Shown piece after piece: positions 21,268 through 34,505 of a stretch of DNA of 63,986 bases; within the stretch, counting starts at the first letter, position 1; the number at the start of each line of letters is the position of its first letter. Source of the stretch: Microcaecilia unicolor (lineage: Eukaryota). The notes beneath the pieces were generated by a model. That model had not been told where the DNA came from. It did no database searches and saw nothing but the letters and a program-made list of their open reading frames with translations. Where the stretch lies: the NCBI RefSeq assembly GCF_901765095.1, contig NC_044037.1, positions 104,487,279 to 104,551,264 on the forward strand. Direction: 5' to 3'. A program made the translations under genes and the position numbers.

Positions 21268-21425
21268 ATTTTATTGGACTAATACATTTAGCTTTCAGAG
21301 GCCAAAACATCCTTCCTCAGGTCACTACAGTATAGTACTGTTACAGTATCCTATCCTGACCTGAGGAAGGGGGTTTGTTCTCCGAAAGTTAGCCAAAATG
21401 TATTAAAATTAGTCCAATAAAATGA
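21268..21425. repeat. Small palindromic (foldback) element inside hAT element A.
   Basis: Inverted arms cattttattggactaatacatttagctttcagaggccaaaacatccttcctcaggtca / tgacctgaggaaggg..attagtccaataaaatg. Confidence 0.4.
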
Positions 21426-21491
21426 TTACCTTGTTTACATGTTCTATTATAAACATTTATTAACACAGCTACAATACTACTTTATCCTAAA

Positions 21492-21841
21492 CAGTGGCGT
21501 AGCCACAGGTGGGCTTGGGTGGGCCAGGGCCCACCCATTTATGGCTCGGGCCCACCCAACAGTAGCACATGTTTAGTGGTAACTAGTGGGAATCCCAAGC
21601 TCTGCCAGCTGAAGATTTCCCCCTGATGGTAACGAACATGCTACTCTCCACAACACCGGCACCTGTGCATGCTCAGTTTTCAGTGCATGCTTGCTGCCAA
21701 GGTGAAAAGAAGCGTTTTCCCACTGGCTGAGATAATTTTTTTTGGAGGGGGGGAGAACACTTGGTGCCCACCCAATTCTTGCCCAGGCCCACCCAAAATC
21801 TGTTGTCTGGCTACGCCCCTGATCCTAAAGCAAAAAAATAA
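21492..21841. mobile_element. hAT-like foldback MITE (CAGTGGCGTAGCC family) nested in element A.
   Basis: Termini cagtggcgtagccacagg.../...tggctacgcccctg. Perfect 8-bp TSD ATCCTAAA (21484-21491 and 21842-21849). Confidence 0.8.
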
Positions 21842-21849
21842 AAATATAT

Positions 21850-22980
21850 ATTTTATTTACAGTTTGTTGTCTCTGGTTTCTGCTTTCCTCATCTTCTTTT
21901 CACTGTCTTCCTTCCATCCAGCATCTGTCTTCGGTCTCTCTTTGCCATCCAATTTCTGCCCTCTCTCCCTGCCCCTTACATCCACCATCTGCCCCTGTCT
22001 GCCCTCTCTCTCTCCCCCTTCCATTCACTGTCTACCCTTTCTATCCCTTCCATCCACTGTCTGTCCTTTCTCTCTGCCCCTTCAATCCACCATTTGCCCT
22101 CCCTCTCCCATCCATCCAGGGTCTGCCCTCCCTCTCGCTCCCCCTTCCATCCAGGATCTGCCCCTCCCTCTCTGCCCCTTTTTTTCAGCCCCCAGTTCCA
22201 GCCCCACTATCCCACCAGTCCCCCGTTTCAGCCCCAGCCCTTTTCTCCCACCAGTCTCGAGCTTCAGCCCCCAGCCACTTCTCCCTGTCCCCTTTTCAGC
22301 ACCCAGTTTCAACCCCAGCCCTTTTCTCTCATCAGTCCCAAGCTTCAGCCCCAGCCACTTCTGTCTCCTTTTCAGCCCCCAGTCCCCACACTTTCAGCCC
22401 CTGCCCCTTTTCAGCCTCCAGTCCCAGTACTAGCCCCCTTATCCCACCTACCCTCCTTTTCAGCCCCCAGTTCCAGCCCCCTTCATCCACATGCCTTGTA
22501 TTAGGGCCCCCCTTTTCAGCCCCAGAACCATTCTCCCACCTGACCCATGCATGCCCCATTTTCCCACCAGCCCCAGGCATGGCCCCCATTCTCCCATATG
22601 GCCCCTTCTCAGACCCCAGTTCCAGCCCCCTTCTCCCATCTGGGAGCCCCCTCCCCTCCTCCCATTCAAGAACCTCCTCGCCTCCCCACCCCAGTCCCTT
22701 CTGCCATCCGAGAACCCTCTCCCCACCCCACCCCCCTTCTCCCATCCCCCTTCCCACCCTAGTCCTCTTCTCCCATCCGAGAACCACCTCCCCACCCCAG
22801 TCCCCTTCTCCCATCCAAGAACCCCAGTCCCCTCCCCACCCCACCCATCCCCTGCTCCCATCCAAGAACCCCCTCCCCTCCCCCAGTCCCCTTCAACCAT
22901 CCGAGAACCCCCATCCCACACCCTTCTCCCATCTGAGTCCCCCCCCCCGACCTGACCCACCTACCAGCTCCGTTCTCCTG
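21850..22980. repeat. CT-rich low-complexity / degenerate tandem block (ccc-ttc-cat-cca motifs). The ORFs here are compositional artefacts.
   Basis: Strong pyrimidine bias on the plus strand. Similar composition at 61760-62800, which also follows a MITE end. Confidence 0.6.
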
Positions 22981-24102
22981 CCACCACCCTCACTGCCTTT
23001 TAAAAAAAAATTTGCGAAGTGCCGGAGTGGCAGGCAGCGCCTCGAGTCTGCCCTGCTAGTAAAAATCTCCTCGACGTTGTCAGGCCTTCCCACATTGAGT
23101 CCCGCCCGCCCTCGCGGTAATAGGAAGTTACCTCAGAGGAGGGCTGGACTCAATGTGGGAAGGCCCGACAACGTCGAGGAGATTTTTACTAGCAGGGCAG
23201 ATGCGAGGCACTGCCTGCCACTCCAGCGCTTGACAAATTTTTTAAAAAAGGCAGGACAGGGTGGGAGCAGCGGAGGGAGGGGGGACTGGAGCTCGGGTGG
23301 TCGGGGCGGGGCGACTTCAGGCGCGCCGCGCAGGACCCCCTTGAGCGCGAGGCCCTATGCGGTCGCCTCGCCCTAAGACCGGCCCTGACCACAGCAGCAG
23401 CCACTCGACCCAGAGGATAAGGAGCATACCAGTTGGGAGTCAGCGACAGACAAAGACTCATTCTGACCAATTTTCAGTAAAGGTAAGTGCACTATTTATT
23501 TGTGCACAGCACCTCTGTAACATCCCCCACCCCCTCTCCCCCAGCACAAACCCCCCTCCTGCTGCACATACAACCCCACCCCTGCAAATACAGACTCACC
23601 CCCTCTCCCCAGCACACACCACCACAGCATGGCAATTAGGTGACTCACAGTTCTCCCCCTCCCCAACCCCTCTGGGAACCACTTCTCCCACCCTGTCCCC
23701 GACCTGCTGGCAATGGCCCAGGCCTTGCAGGAGCAGAAATTGTGTCAGAGTTCTCCTCTCTGGGGCTTCCACTGTCCTCACAGTCATCAGTCCGTCCTGC
23801 CGCCTCTGTTGTAACCTGGAAATCTAGTCACCTGATTGGCCAGGTGGTTGATGTGCTGCTGGGCCCAGCAAACAGGAAGGGAGCTTGCACCAGCTCTGCA
23901 CCTATATGAGAAGTCAATACAAATGTGGTATAGATTAGAGAATGACATGGGGACAGGGAACCGCAGCAGGGTATTCAACAGGGGTTGGGTCTAGACCATT
24001 AATGAAGTTTTCTGTGTCCATGTTGTTCTGAGGTAGGGTTTTGCGTAGGTTTATGATTTTTTCATTGAAATATTTAGCAAGGCTGTCTGCAGATGCGATG
24101 TC

Positions 24103-25910
24103 CAGGGCCGGTCATAGCAAGTGCGGGGCCCTATGCAGACCAATTTGGTGGGGCCCCATCCTAGCCCCGCCCACCCTAGCCCTGCCCCCACCCTAGCTCC
24201 GCCCTCACCCTAGCTCCACCCCACTGATAAGATTCCATTTTTAGAAAAATTTTTTATTTATAAAGACTAATGAAGCTGAATCCCCATTCTGCTGAGCCCA
24301 AGCAGCTTCTCTCTCAGTGTATAGCCCAAGCTTCATTATTATTATTAATATATTCTTATAACCAGTGCGTTTTTTATAGCAAAAAGGTGCCAGTACTCAA
24401 ATGCTAGCCACCCTTCAGGGGTGGGGTGATCATTGAGGGACCCACCCCATAATATAATCCAGGCCCCCTGAATTGGTGTGTAGAGCCTGAGCTCTTTCAT
24501 TAAAACCCAGGGACCATGGGTCAATTTTAGCAGACAATAGAAAAGGTGCCAGCACTCAGTACCCCCAAGTACCCCCTCAAAAAAAAAGCCCTACTTATAA
24601 CCCACAAAATACCACAAAGTTCACTGTGGCTAATATACCAAAACTGAAAAAACCCCATCAGGAATTACAATGTCTATACACAAATTTTCAAAACAAACAA
24701 ACCTCAGCTACCATGAATTAACAAAATTTCTAAAAAAAATAAATTGTGACAAAGACAAATGAAGCTAAACTTGAACAAAAAAACTGAATGAAATAATAAG
24801 CACAATGCTATCATGAAACCTCCCCTCCCCAGAAATTATTCAGTTCAAGTCCACTACAATTAGTAGTTCCAATTCTCATAACAAAGGAGAATAACGGAAA
24901 AATATTAAGAAAAGATCCAGTACTTTCAAATTCCCCTATTATTCTGTAACCCATCAAACCAGAGAGGCAAGTAGCCACATCAGTTACTAAAATAGTTTGA
25001 ACTGATTGTACCTACTTTATATCAGATTTTGCTACTTCATGATTTCCATTCTCAGATTTTAGCTTAGTAATCTTTTCTTCCTGTGATTGCAGTCTAGCTT
25101 CCAAATGATTAATTCGAGGTGTCATATCATTAATTACTGGAAGCAGTGTTTTAGCTAAATCTGCTATTGCCATCCAAATTTTTATCAGGAGAAATATCTG
25201 CAGATCTATGTGAAAATAACCCAGATATGTTACAAACAGCCTCTTCCAAGCCAGAAGATCTTACTTGCTCATCTTCTCCAGCAACTAATGTTGTTGGGCC
25301 AAATTCCTCTCAGGAAGGCAGACATTTCCAACCCTTGCACCGTCCGCAAGCGTCGTTAGATGAGAGAGACACTTCTCCTGATCTCCTGCCTGCATGGAAT
25401 CCGATTTCGATTTCCGATTTGGCATAAGTGCACAACTGTTGGCATCAGCAACGATGGCTCACCTCACGTCCTCACCACCTCCGACCAGGCTCCAGCTTTT
25501 CCCGCTCAGTGACTCCTGCCCTCGCGTCTGGAAACAGGAAATACATCAGAAGGCGGGACATTGAGCGGGAAGCTGGAGCCTGGAGGTGAGCCGTCGCGCT
25601 GCAACTGTCTGTCGTCGCCGTCGGAGGCGGGGCCATCACTGCCTGGGCTGGCTCGCTGGCATCGCTCAGTTAGTCGCCGGGGACTCGGGAGCTGACGGCG
25701 GGCTCAGCGGGCCCAAGCCGGGGGGGGGGGGGGGGGGCGCCGCGCCGGTGGTGGCGGGAGCGGAGCGGCTGAGCCGCGAGAATGGGGATCATCTCAGGTG
25801 ACTAAGGCGAGCAGCGGCGGAGGTCAGAGCGGAGGCGCGCCGCGCGGAGCCCCCTTATGCGCGGGGCCCTATGCGGCCGCCTTGGTCGCCTCTGCCTAAG
25901 ACCGGCCCTG
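24103..25910. mobile_element. hAT-like non-autonomous element 'B' (1.8 kb), same TIR family as element A.
   Basis: TIRs cagggccggtcatagcaagtgcggggccctatgc.../...gccctatgcggccgccttggtcgcctctgcctaagaccggccctg. 8-bp TSD GCGATGTC/GTGATGTC (one mismatch) at 24095-24102 and 25911-25918. G17 homopolymer at ~25722-25740. Confidence 0.65.
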
Positions 25911-27005
25911 GTGATGTCAGTGTTGGTTGTGGTGACCGGTGTTGTGTCTAGTAGTTTGTTGACGAGATGGTATAGTTTCTTCGTGTTTTTGTAGTCCGGC
26001 CCAATTTTAGTTTTGTATACGACCTTTTGGTTTGTTTTATTGCGTATTTGTATTTCCTTTGTAGTTGTTTCTATGTGTTGAGTGTTTGTTCGTCTTTTAT
26101 TTTTTTCCATGCGAGTTCCAGTTTCCTTAATTGTATTTTTAGTTTTTTCAGTTCTTCATTGAACCACGGTGTCGAGTTGTGTCTACGTGAAGTTCTTATT
26201 TGTAAGGGTGCTATTTCGTCTAGTATGTGTCTGTATGTCTAAGAAGACAACTTCTATTCCAGGAAGGACTGTGGAAGACAGGAGAACTAGATTGAATCCT
26301 GAGATTGTTGATGACTTCTTATTTATCCACAGATTAAAAAACCATAACAGTGCTTTATAGGGCATATTTTTCCCCTCTAGGGCATATAGAGCGGGTTGTA
26401 TTTTATACCCCTGGACATTTTAACAGTGTGAATTAAGATTCCTTGGTGTAGTAGAAATCACCTATTGTTGGGGTTGGAAGGGTAGAGGGTGGTGGTGGGA
26501 AGGAGGGTTATTATAGCTGCTCATTGTTATTATTGTTCAATATTTGTAATTTATACACGACAGTTGCACAGTATATTGTTCCTTTTTATACTTTAATAAA
26601 AAGATTTAAATATAAAATCATGTGTTCAAGGCTTCTGCAGATGAGGACAGAGCCCACGGGGGTGGGGACGGGTACAGAACCTGCGGGGACGAGGCGAGGA
26701 CGGAGACAAACTTTGTCCCCATGTCATTCTCTAGTATAGATAGAATTTATCTTTTGTGAAAGTCCTGTTGCACTATATAATCACAACATTTGGACAACTA
26801 CAATTTTAAAAAATGTGTACTGGACCTTCAGATTTCAGGTAAAGCTAAAGATGATTTCTCACTCAGGTGTTGTACCATCAGTGGCATACCAAGCACGGGG
26901 CAGTGGGAGCAGTCCCTCCTGGGTGCAAGCAATAATACATTGCCCATAAAGAATTTGCTTTTTTAATATCACCACGTGCCAGCAATTCTAAACAATGCGT
27001 TCGTT

Positions 27006-27436
27006 TTACTAAGTTGCAGTAAGCACTAGCACGTGCTTACTGCAGGTTAAAAAGGGATCCGCTCAGGTGTCCCGCGGTAGTTTTGGAATTGGCATGCGCT
27101 TCCCACATGCTAAAAAATAGATTTTATTTTTTAGCAAGGGGGTGTGTTTGGAGACAGAGACTAGACGTACCCTGCACTAATCATTCGGTGTAGGGTTATT
27201 GGCGAATGTTGACTGATTAGCGCAGGAGCCCCTACTGCCTACAAAATAAGTGGCAGTAAGGGCTCTCACGTTAATTGGGAAATTAATGAAAAAAATAAAA
27301 AGAGAGAAAAATTGCAGCCATTTTACAACCAGGCTAAAAGTGGCCTCGGTGTGCGAGAAACCAATGAGCTAAAAATAGCACAGGTCACTTTTTAGCACAG
27401 CCTAGTAAAAGGGCCCCAAAGTCAGTGATAAAATAC
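27006..27436. repeat. MITE-like element of the GGGG(G)TCCTTTTACTAAG terminal family (5' terminus truncated).
   Basis: Starts ..cgttttactaagttgcag and ends ..ctagtaaaagggcccc. Related copies at 31273-31694, 39240-39400 (partial), 52253-52330 and 54743-54849. Confidence 0.45.
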
Positions 27437-28500
27437 TCCTTGTTGAAAAAATGTTTTGTTGGTGTATGGGGGGGGGGGGGGGGGGGGGAGGGGAGGGAAT
27501 GATAAAAAATGATCCAGTTCAGGTGTCAAATATACTAGGTATACCACTGTGTACCACCACTTCCACAGTGGTCCATTTAGGGTTAAAATTATCAATGTAG
27601 GCTACCGTTAAGATATTAGTAACAAGGTCTCTTTGCATAAAATGGGACCTGTGCTAAAATAGCATGTGTTAAACAGTATTCAAGTAGAAAAATACTTATC
27701 TTTTCCTTGAAAATCCATTAATTATTTTGAAAACAAATCAGGAGGCTACCATTTGACATAACACTATGTTTCACATTGTTGCTTCAGGGAGACAGCTCCT
27801 GCAAAAGAAATTTATCATTAACTTCTGGTCTCATAAATAACAATATCTTCTGCAACTGATGGCACACTGCACTGCTTTTTCAATTATTAAAAAAAATCAT
27901 TGGATTTTTAAGAAAAAGATAAGCATTTTTCTAACTGAATACTGTTTAAGCTGGAATAAGGATTGCATCTGAATAATTAAATGGACCTGTGAGGGAAGTG
28001 ATAGTACAGTTTCTGAGTGACAAATCCTCTTTAGTTTTACCTGACATCTGAAGGTCCGGTACAAGTTTATTATTTGTTTTTGAATTGACTGTGATTGTCT
28101 AAATTTTGTGATTTTAAACATATATTTTTGAACTGTATTTTTATTGATTTATCATTGAAGCCCTGGGATCCATTGCAAGTTTTCTGACTACAGCATGGCA
28201 TGACTACATATTGTCCCTTTTTCCAAGTACATGAGGAGTTGATGCTTAGTTTGTTTTAGTATCTAGGTAGCATGCGGTGCTGCCTGATTACTGCCGAGTT
28301 AATACTGCACTGGAAAATAGCTAGCTATTTTCCCTAGTGTGGCAAATGGCATGTTCTGGGGCTGGAACTACTGCTGGCACCCTCATTGGGCCAGCGGTAG
28401 CTCCAGATTGGCATTCGGTAAGCCTGCATTGGACTTGCCGCTACTCTGTAAAAGGGCTCCTTTGTTCGAATTCAGAGAAGAGATATAAATGGGGTCACAT

Positions 28501-28883
28501 CAGTGGAGTAGCTACGGGGGGGCCACAGGGGCCTGGGCCCCCCAAATTGGCTCTGGAGCCCCTGGTTGGTTAGGGACCCCTGCCAGCTAAAGCGTTTGTC
28601 CAGCACTAGTTTCCGCTGCATTGCCTGCCCTGCTCCTCCCCTCATGCCTGCCCTACGCTTCCCCTCACATCACATGCATGCTCGTGTTAGTGAAATGTGA
28701 GGGGAAGAGCAGGACAGGCAATGCGGTGGAGACCAGTACTGGACAAATGCTTCAGCTGGCGGGGGTCCTGAACCCCCGCTAGCCAAGGTATGTGAAGAGG
28801 CAGTGGCAATGGAGGGGCGGGGCAGCAGGGAGGCGGGCTAAAATGCCCCCCCCCCCCCACGTTGAGGTCTGGCTATGCCACTG
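28501..28883. mobile_element. hAT-like foldback MITE (variant terminus CAGTGGAGTAGCTACG).
   Basis: Termini cagtggagtagctacggggggccacagg.../...ggctatgccactg. 8-bp TSD GGTCACAT/AGTCACAT at 28493-28500 and 28884-28891. Internal palindrome cccctcacatcacatgcatg..tgtgaggggaag. Confidence 0.6.
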
Positions 28884-31272
28884 AGTCACATAGGTAAGAG
28901 AGAGATGTTCTTGTGATTATATAATTTATAAAGGCAACATACTCCCCTCCGAAGGGACACCACCTTGTAGTGGTGGAGGGGCCTCCGTGTTTCAATGACT
29001 CAGGGGGCTATGCTGAAGGCTTACCCATATCAGACAGGCCTCTGAGGAGAAACCAGACAAAGAGTGTCCCAAACTAGGGAGAGGGAAAGATGGTGGCCTG
29101 AGGCTCGTACGCTCAACGGCCCAGCTGTCCTCTGAAGTTCTGTCTTTGTTTACTTGAAGTTTCCTCTTTGCATTTGCAGTTGCCTTATCTGAGAGGACGG
29201 GGACAATGGGGGATCAGCCGCCGATGGCCAGCGTTTTGTCCCCTGTGCAGCAAGTGTGAGACCGCTGCGCGACGAGCTACCCACAGATGACTGGGTTGAT
29301 GAGTCCTTTGATTAGTACCGACGAAGGAGCGTCGATGCTCTTGGACCTGGAAACAACTTCATCGCTCTCAAATCATTTAACCACCATGCCCAAAGGAGTG
29401 GAGGAGTGAGTTAGGAGTGTATGCTGAAACGGAAGTCGTTTACAGCTGAACCCGTGTCGGCGGTGCCACTCCTAAACCCATAAGAGCTATCAGCTTGGAG
29501 TTTTTGGCTCCCGTGGAGGTTACATTGAATATCATCTGGAAGGCACGCCAGGACCTAACGGTGGTAGTAAATAATTTTGCTTCAGATATAATCTTCTTAG
29601 TGAGCTACATGGATAATTTAATCGAATCCTTGGAGAATGAAAAATTGATACAGCAAATGAAGTTCTACAGGAATAGGAAACGGTTAAGATTTTGAAAATG
29701 TTAATAGACCAGAAAAATTTGAACAAAATGAATATTATTACAGATGATTAATATCGAGATTGTTGTTTTCCCAGCGTTCCGGGTATGACTCCTAAAGTTT
29801 TTTTCCTCTGAAATGATTCCTCCTAGTATATTAATTCAAAAGGAGTGAAGCCTGTGAAACTGGGATTACCTTAATCAGTGGGAACTGGTTTAGAGATTCA
29901 AGTGTTTGTATCGTTAAATAATTTCTGGTTTTTAAAAGAGAAAAAAAATGAAATCAGGTGTATTATTTCCACTAATATTGGACAATAAGTATGTTTCCAA
30001 TGAAATTAATTGACTATACACCATCTTGGGTATGAAGAAGCCAACCAGATGATCAATGTGGAATAATGATTTAGATAAATAATAACTGGGGATAATCAGG
30101 TTAATACCACATTTTCTTTGTTTACTGTTGTTTAATTGATCTCCTTGTCTTGTTTCACTCTTCCTATTTATTTTGTGGTCTAAGAAAGAGAAAGATTGTA
30201 TATAATCCATTTATCTAGTTGAGATTCTTTTCTTCTAATATTGTATTATTGTACAGTCATCTCTGTATTACTGTTTGCAAGTGACCCTTGTAAAATGAAA
30301 AATTATAAATAAATGATTTTAAAAAAGGCAACATACTATAGGTACCTCTGTGCCTTTCCCAGAGCCACACACATGTAACACCTGCTCTGAATCTGGTGTG
30401 TGTGTGTGTACTGTACACATGTAACATAATAAATGTTTGCAGATAAAGATGGTCCATCCAGTCTGCCCAATAATGTGTGCAGAGTTGTATCTGGCATTTT
30501 CTGCAGGTTCCAGTTCTTCGTGATTAAACAATGACATCATAAACAGGGCAGTCAGCAACTTGCCATCCTCATATAGGTGCAATCTTGGAACATAATACTA
30601 TGATACCATTGCCTTCAACCCTAAGAATGTCTTCTCCTCTTGGTACTGTAGCTTTCAACCCTAAGAAAGTCTTCCCTTCCCCCACCACTAACTAGCATTA
30701 TTTATTCACTAATATCAACTTATGATTCTATCCCTGCCCCCCCCCCCCTCATAGAGCTATACAGCAACCTTAGCATACACTTTGAATGTGATATGATATG
30801 CACATACTTAATCTCTATTTCCCCTTGCCAGTTTTGGGGCACAGATCGTAGAAATCTGCCTGGTACCAGTCCTACTTCTCAACTATTGCATTTATTTTAT
30901 AAAAATATAAACTTCATCTCTGCTCTGCCAAAATTAAGCCCCCAGGAATGCTGACATGTGGCATGCTTATAAGTACACGGATTCTTATAGATGCATGTAT
31001 ATTTATGCATGTAAACGGCTGCACCGGTGGCATACCAAGGGTGAGATGGTAGATACAGTGCACACGGGTGCAGGCAGTAAAGGGGTACACTGAGCAGTCA
31101 TGAAGCTGTTGGCTCTGCCAGTCCCCTGCCCCCTCTGACATCAACTTCCTGCTCTGGGGCAGGGGACCAGAAGAGCCGACAACTGCACAACTGCTCAGTG
31201 CACCCCTTTACTGCTTGGAGGGAAATAGGGCAGGGAGTGAGGGGGTGCACACCCCAGGTGGCAACCAAGCTA

Positions 31273-31694
31273 GGGGGTCCTTTTACTAAGCTGTGTAAGC
31301 GCCTACGTGTGCCCAACATGCGCCAAAATGGAGTTACTGCCCAGCTACCACGTGGCTCTTGTGGTAATTTCATTTTTGGTGTGCGTCCGATATGCGCATC
31401 TGAAATATTTTTTATTTTCGGCCACACGTATCGGCTGCGAGTCAAGTGGCATTTGACGCATGTAGGTCATTACCACCCAGTTACTGCGTGAGACTTTACT
31501 GCTAGGTCAATGGCTGGCAGTAAGGTTTCAGACCCAAAATGGACGCGCAGCAATTTTGATTTTCCGTGCGTCCATTTTCGCCTTAAAAAAAGGCCATTTT
31601 TACAGGTGTGCTAAAAAATGGATCAGCGCACACCCAAGACCCCCGCCTACACTACCGCAAGCCATTTTTCTGTGCGCTTTTGTAAAAGGATCCC
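31273..31694. repeat. MITE-like element with TIR GGGGGTCCTTTTACTAAG / ..CTTTTGTAAAAGGATCCC.
   Basis: Terminal inverted similarity is visible. It is flanked by TA on both sides (possible TA TSD), but other copies are inconsistent. Confidence 0.5.
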
Positions 31695-32976
31695 TAGATA
31701 TGGCAGTCGGCTGCACAATTTTATAAAAGGCTTTTTCATGCATAAACATTGAGGAAAGGCCTTTACAAAATTACTCCTCACATCTGGCTATATGCATTAT
31801 TTCTTCCTTAATGGTGTAGCTTGTTACTATTATCCCCCAATCCCGAATCATAATTCCCCAAATGTTGACTGTAGGTATGAAGTGAAACATCCACTTTCCT
31901 CCTGCAAATCAATTAGGATTGTTTAGGTGCCATCTACTGGTTTTCAGTAGCATTGACTGCAAGTTAATACACTAATCAGAGAATTTGTGCTTTTGCCACC
32001 TGTTGGGCTACAGTGCCAAATATTAGGAAGGAAGGTTTTACGTCTATCTGAAACAAATATCAAAGGTGCACTTTCACTGGGAATCCACATGTGTAGGAGT
32101 GGCATAGATCTCAAATGGGATAGCAAATTCAAATGCATTCCAAGCCTTACTCTGGCGTCCACACTGAGGGGACTGGAGCTGTGTACACAATAGACGTTTT
32201 TCAATTTAGTTTTTGTTAGATTTATTTAGCCTGTTTGGATTGTACACACTCTGGCTTGCAGTTTTTGATTGTTGGTTTTTAATCTTACCTTTGTCTGAAT
32301 GATTGTCTTCTTTCCTATTGAAAATGGTGTTCTTTTTCCATGATTTAATTTTATGTTAATATTTTATTGTTAACCGCTTTAATCTATTATTGTGTAAAGG
32401 CGGTATATCAAATTTTAAATAAACATAAACATATCATTAACTGAGCCAGATTAAAAGCGTGCCGCCTCCTGTGATAACCAGTTTGCTCCTGTCCTCTGTC
32501 TGCCGACTCCACTGTTAATCGGAAGAGCAGTTCCATCGAGTAGTCTGAAGACGGAGAAGCGACGCCTCAGCACCAGACTTTGGCAAGTGACATCATTAAC
32601 TGAGCCAGATTAAAAGCGTGCCGCCTCCTGTGGTGCTACGCCGAATGGGCATACCAAAGGGGCACGCCCTGCCCTTTGTGCACAGCTTTGGGGGCAGGAA
32701 GCTAACGGGAAAGGCTGGCTGATTTGTGAGTAAATTGTACTGCATTTTTATAATTTCTTGAATGTTTCAATATGGCACGTTTAGAGAAATGGTTAATGTA
32801 GCAATTGCTATTATTGTGGATAGCCGGGCTGCAAGTTGTTTCGCTTAATGACTGGAATAAGATCCCTGTATTAACATCAGACAATATTTTAGTTATCAGG
32901 AAGGGGGTGAGGAGGTGTCTAACGAACACAGGTACAGTTCAACAGAGATCAATAAGTCAGTTTCAGCTAAGGAGAT

Positions 32977-34408
32977 ATGAAATGTGATGTGCACAGACAA
33001 TTGTTAAATGTAAAATACATTATTGCTATTAATGAATCTTATGTCCCTTTACCCATAGGGTATATTAATGCTAAATCAGTTGTTAACAAAGTTGAGAGGA
33101 TCAGAGAAAGGTTGGAGGAAGAACACATAGGCCCATTTGTCACAGAAATGTGGTTACACTTTAAAGATGATCCAGTCTTGCTGGACCTATGTCCACCAGG
33201 TTATAAAATAGTTCATTTAACTAGAAATAAGAATAAAGGTGGAGGGGTTGCTCTAATCTACAAGTCTTCTTTTAAAGTAGATCTGATCGCTGAACATTTA
33301 TTCCTTACACTTTATCAATAGAAATCAAACAAAATAAAACATGGAAAAGAAAATAAGATGATACCTTTTTTATTGGACATAACTTAATACATTTCTTGAT
33401 TAGCTTTCTGAGGTTGCCCTTCTTCGTCAGATCAGAAATAAGCAAATGTGGTAGCAAATAGTATATATAAGAGAAACATCAAAGCATTACTTTGACAGTC
33501 TGACAGAGTGGGAGGGTGGGGGTATGCATGGAGACATCAAAGCATTTCATTGATATTCTAACAGGATGGGTGTTGGTAGGTGAGAGGAGGGTAATAAACA
33601 GAGAAATAAACAGAGAAATACAGCTTTATGGTCTATAATGGGTTAGAAAACCCAGATCCTTATTAAGTCCTGTTTGTTGGGTGTCAAAATATTCAATCAT
33701 TCTTATTTCAAAGGTCTTACGTTCCTGTATTGTTTTAAAATTACCTTTCAGTATTCTTACTGTGAAATCACTGGTGCAGTGTTCTGGTCTTGTAAAGTGT
33801 CATCTTATTTTTTTCCATGTTTTATTTTGTTTGATTTCTATTGATAACCTTTAAGAGCGGACTAACACGGCTACCACACTTCCCTACACTTGAAATGATG
33901 GCATGCAAAATCTGTAATGTAACATTACAAGGACAATTGTGCTGTATGTTATTTTATTCTCCTCCAGGTACCTGGATTAAATGTTCAGGCTGACTTTATG
34001 GATTTTATATCAGACATATGCTCCAATTTCTCTAATGTAATCTTACTAGGTGATATTAACTTACATTTAGAAAATTGCTGGGATTCCAACACATCAGATC
34101 TATTGAATTGTTTAAACTTAGGGAATTTCATTCTACCACAAGCTACCATGTCCCATTTAAAAGGTCACTTACTTGATCTTTTAGCTTATTGGTTTCCTGC
34201 AAACAATGACCACATCATAGAAAATCATAGATGGAAGCAGGTGCTATGGTCAGCTCACAGTAAACTTACTTTTACTTTTCACTGGAAAGAAAGCGTAAAG
34301 CATAGAGATCAGGAGTCTGAACAAGCATTTCTATCTAGACAGAGGAAGGATAGATATACAATCATTCTGGTCAACAATGTTGGCAACGCAGAAAATACTC
34401 CTACCTAA
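32977..34408 (+). mobile_element. CR1/L2-like LINE endonuclease-domain fragments, split by a ~545-bp foldback insertion (33306-33850).
   Basis: ORF 32977..33321 (INAKSVVNKVERI...TEMWL...GGGVALIY) and ORF 33998..34408 (LLGDINLHLE...LLDLL) are the N-terminal and central parts of an APE-type EN. The insertion has ~48-bp TIRs (ctttatcaatagaaatcaaacaaaataaaacatggaaaa). Confidence 0.55.
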
Positions 34409-34505
34409 TAATATAGAATTCATGGGGAAGTGGCACGGCATGAGTAAGCACACTTTGGAACATAAAATATGATAATAGTAATGACATGAAGAGATAGCTA
34501 ATACA

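Larger units (their letters stand above)
20813..23387. mobile_element. hAT-like non-autonomous element 'A' (2.6 kb), inserted in the 3' coding part of the Harbinger-like pseudogene.
   Basis: TIRs cagggccggtcttagcaagtgcgggaccctatgc.../...gccctatgcggtcgcctcgccctaagaccggccctg. Perfect 8-bp TSD ACCACAGC (20805-20812 and 23388-23395). The interior holds a nested MITE, a CT-rich block and a ~100-bp-arm palindrome (23005-23240). Confidence 0.75.

Noticed and set aside
21669-23376. Long ORFs in the CT-rich block (21669..22433 254 aa, 22579..23376 265 aa, 22332..22865 and others on both strands).
   Set aside because: Low-complexity Pro/Ser/Leu- or Gly/Trp/Glu-rich translations arising from pyrimidine/purine-biased degenerate tandem repeats. 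They overlap each other in several frames.
29495-29695. 66-aa ORF with ..QQMKFYRNRKRLRF, faintly reminiscent of the L1 ORF1 ENYNRRLNLRI motif.
   Set aside because: The similarity is limited to a few residues and there is no flanking ORF1-like coiled coil or CTD. Too weak to call.
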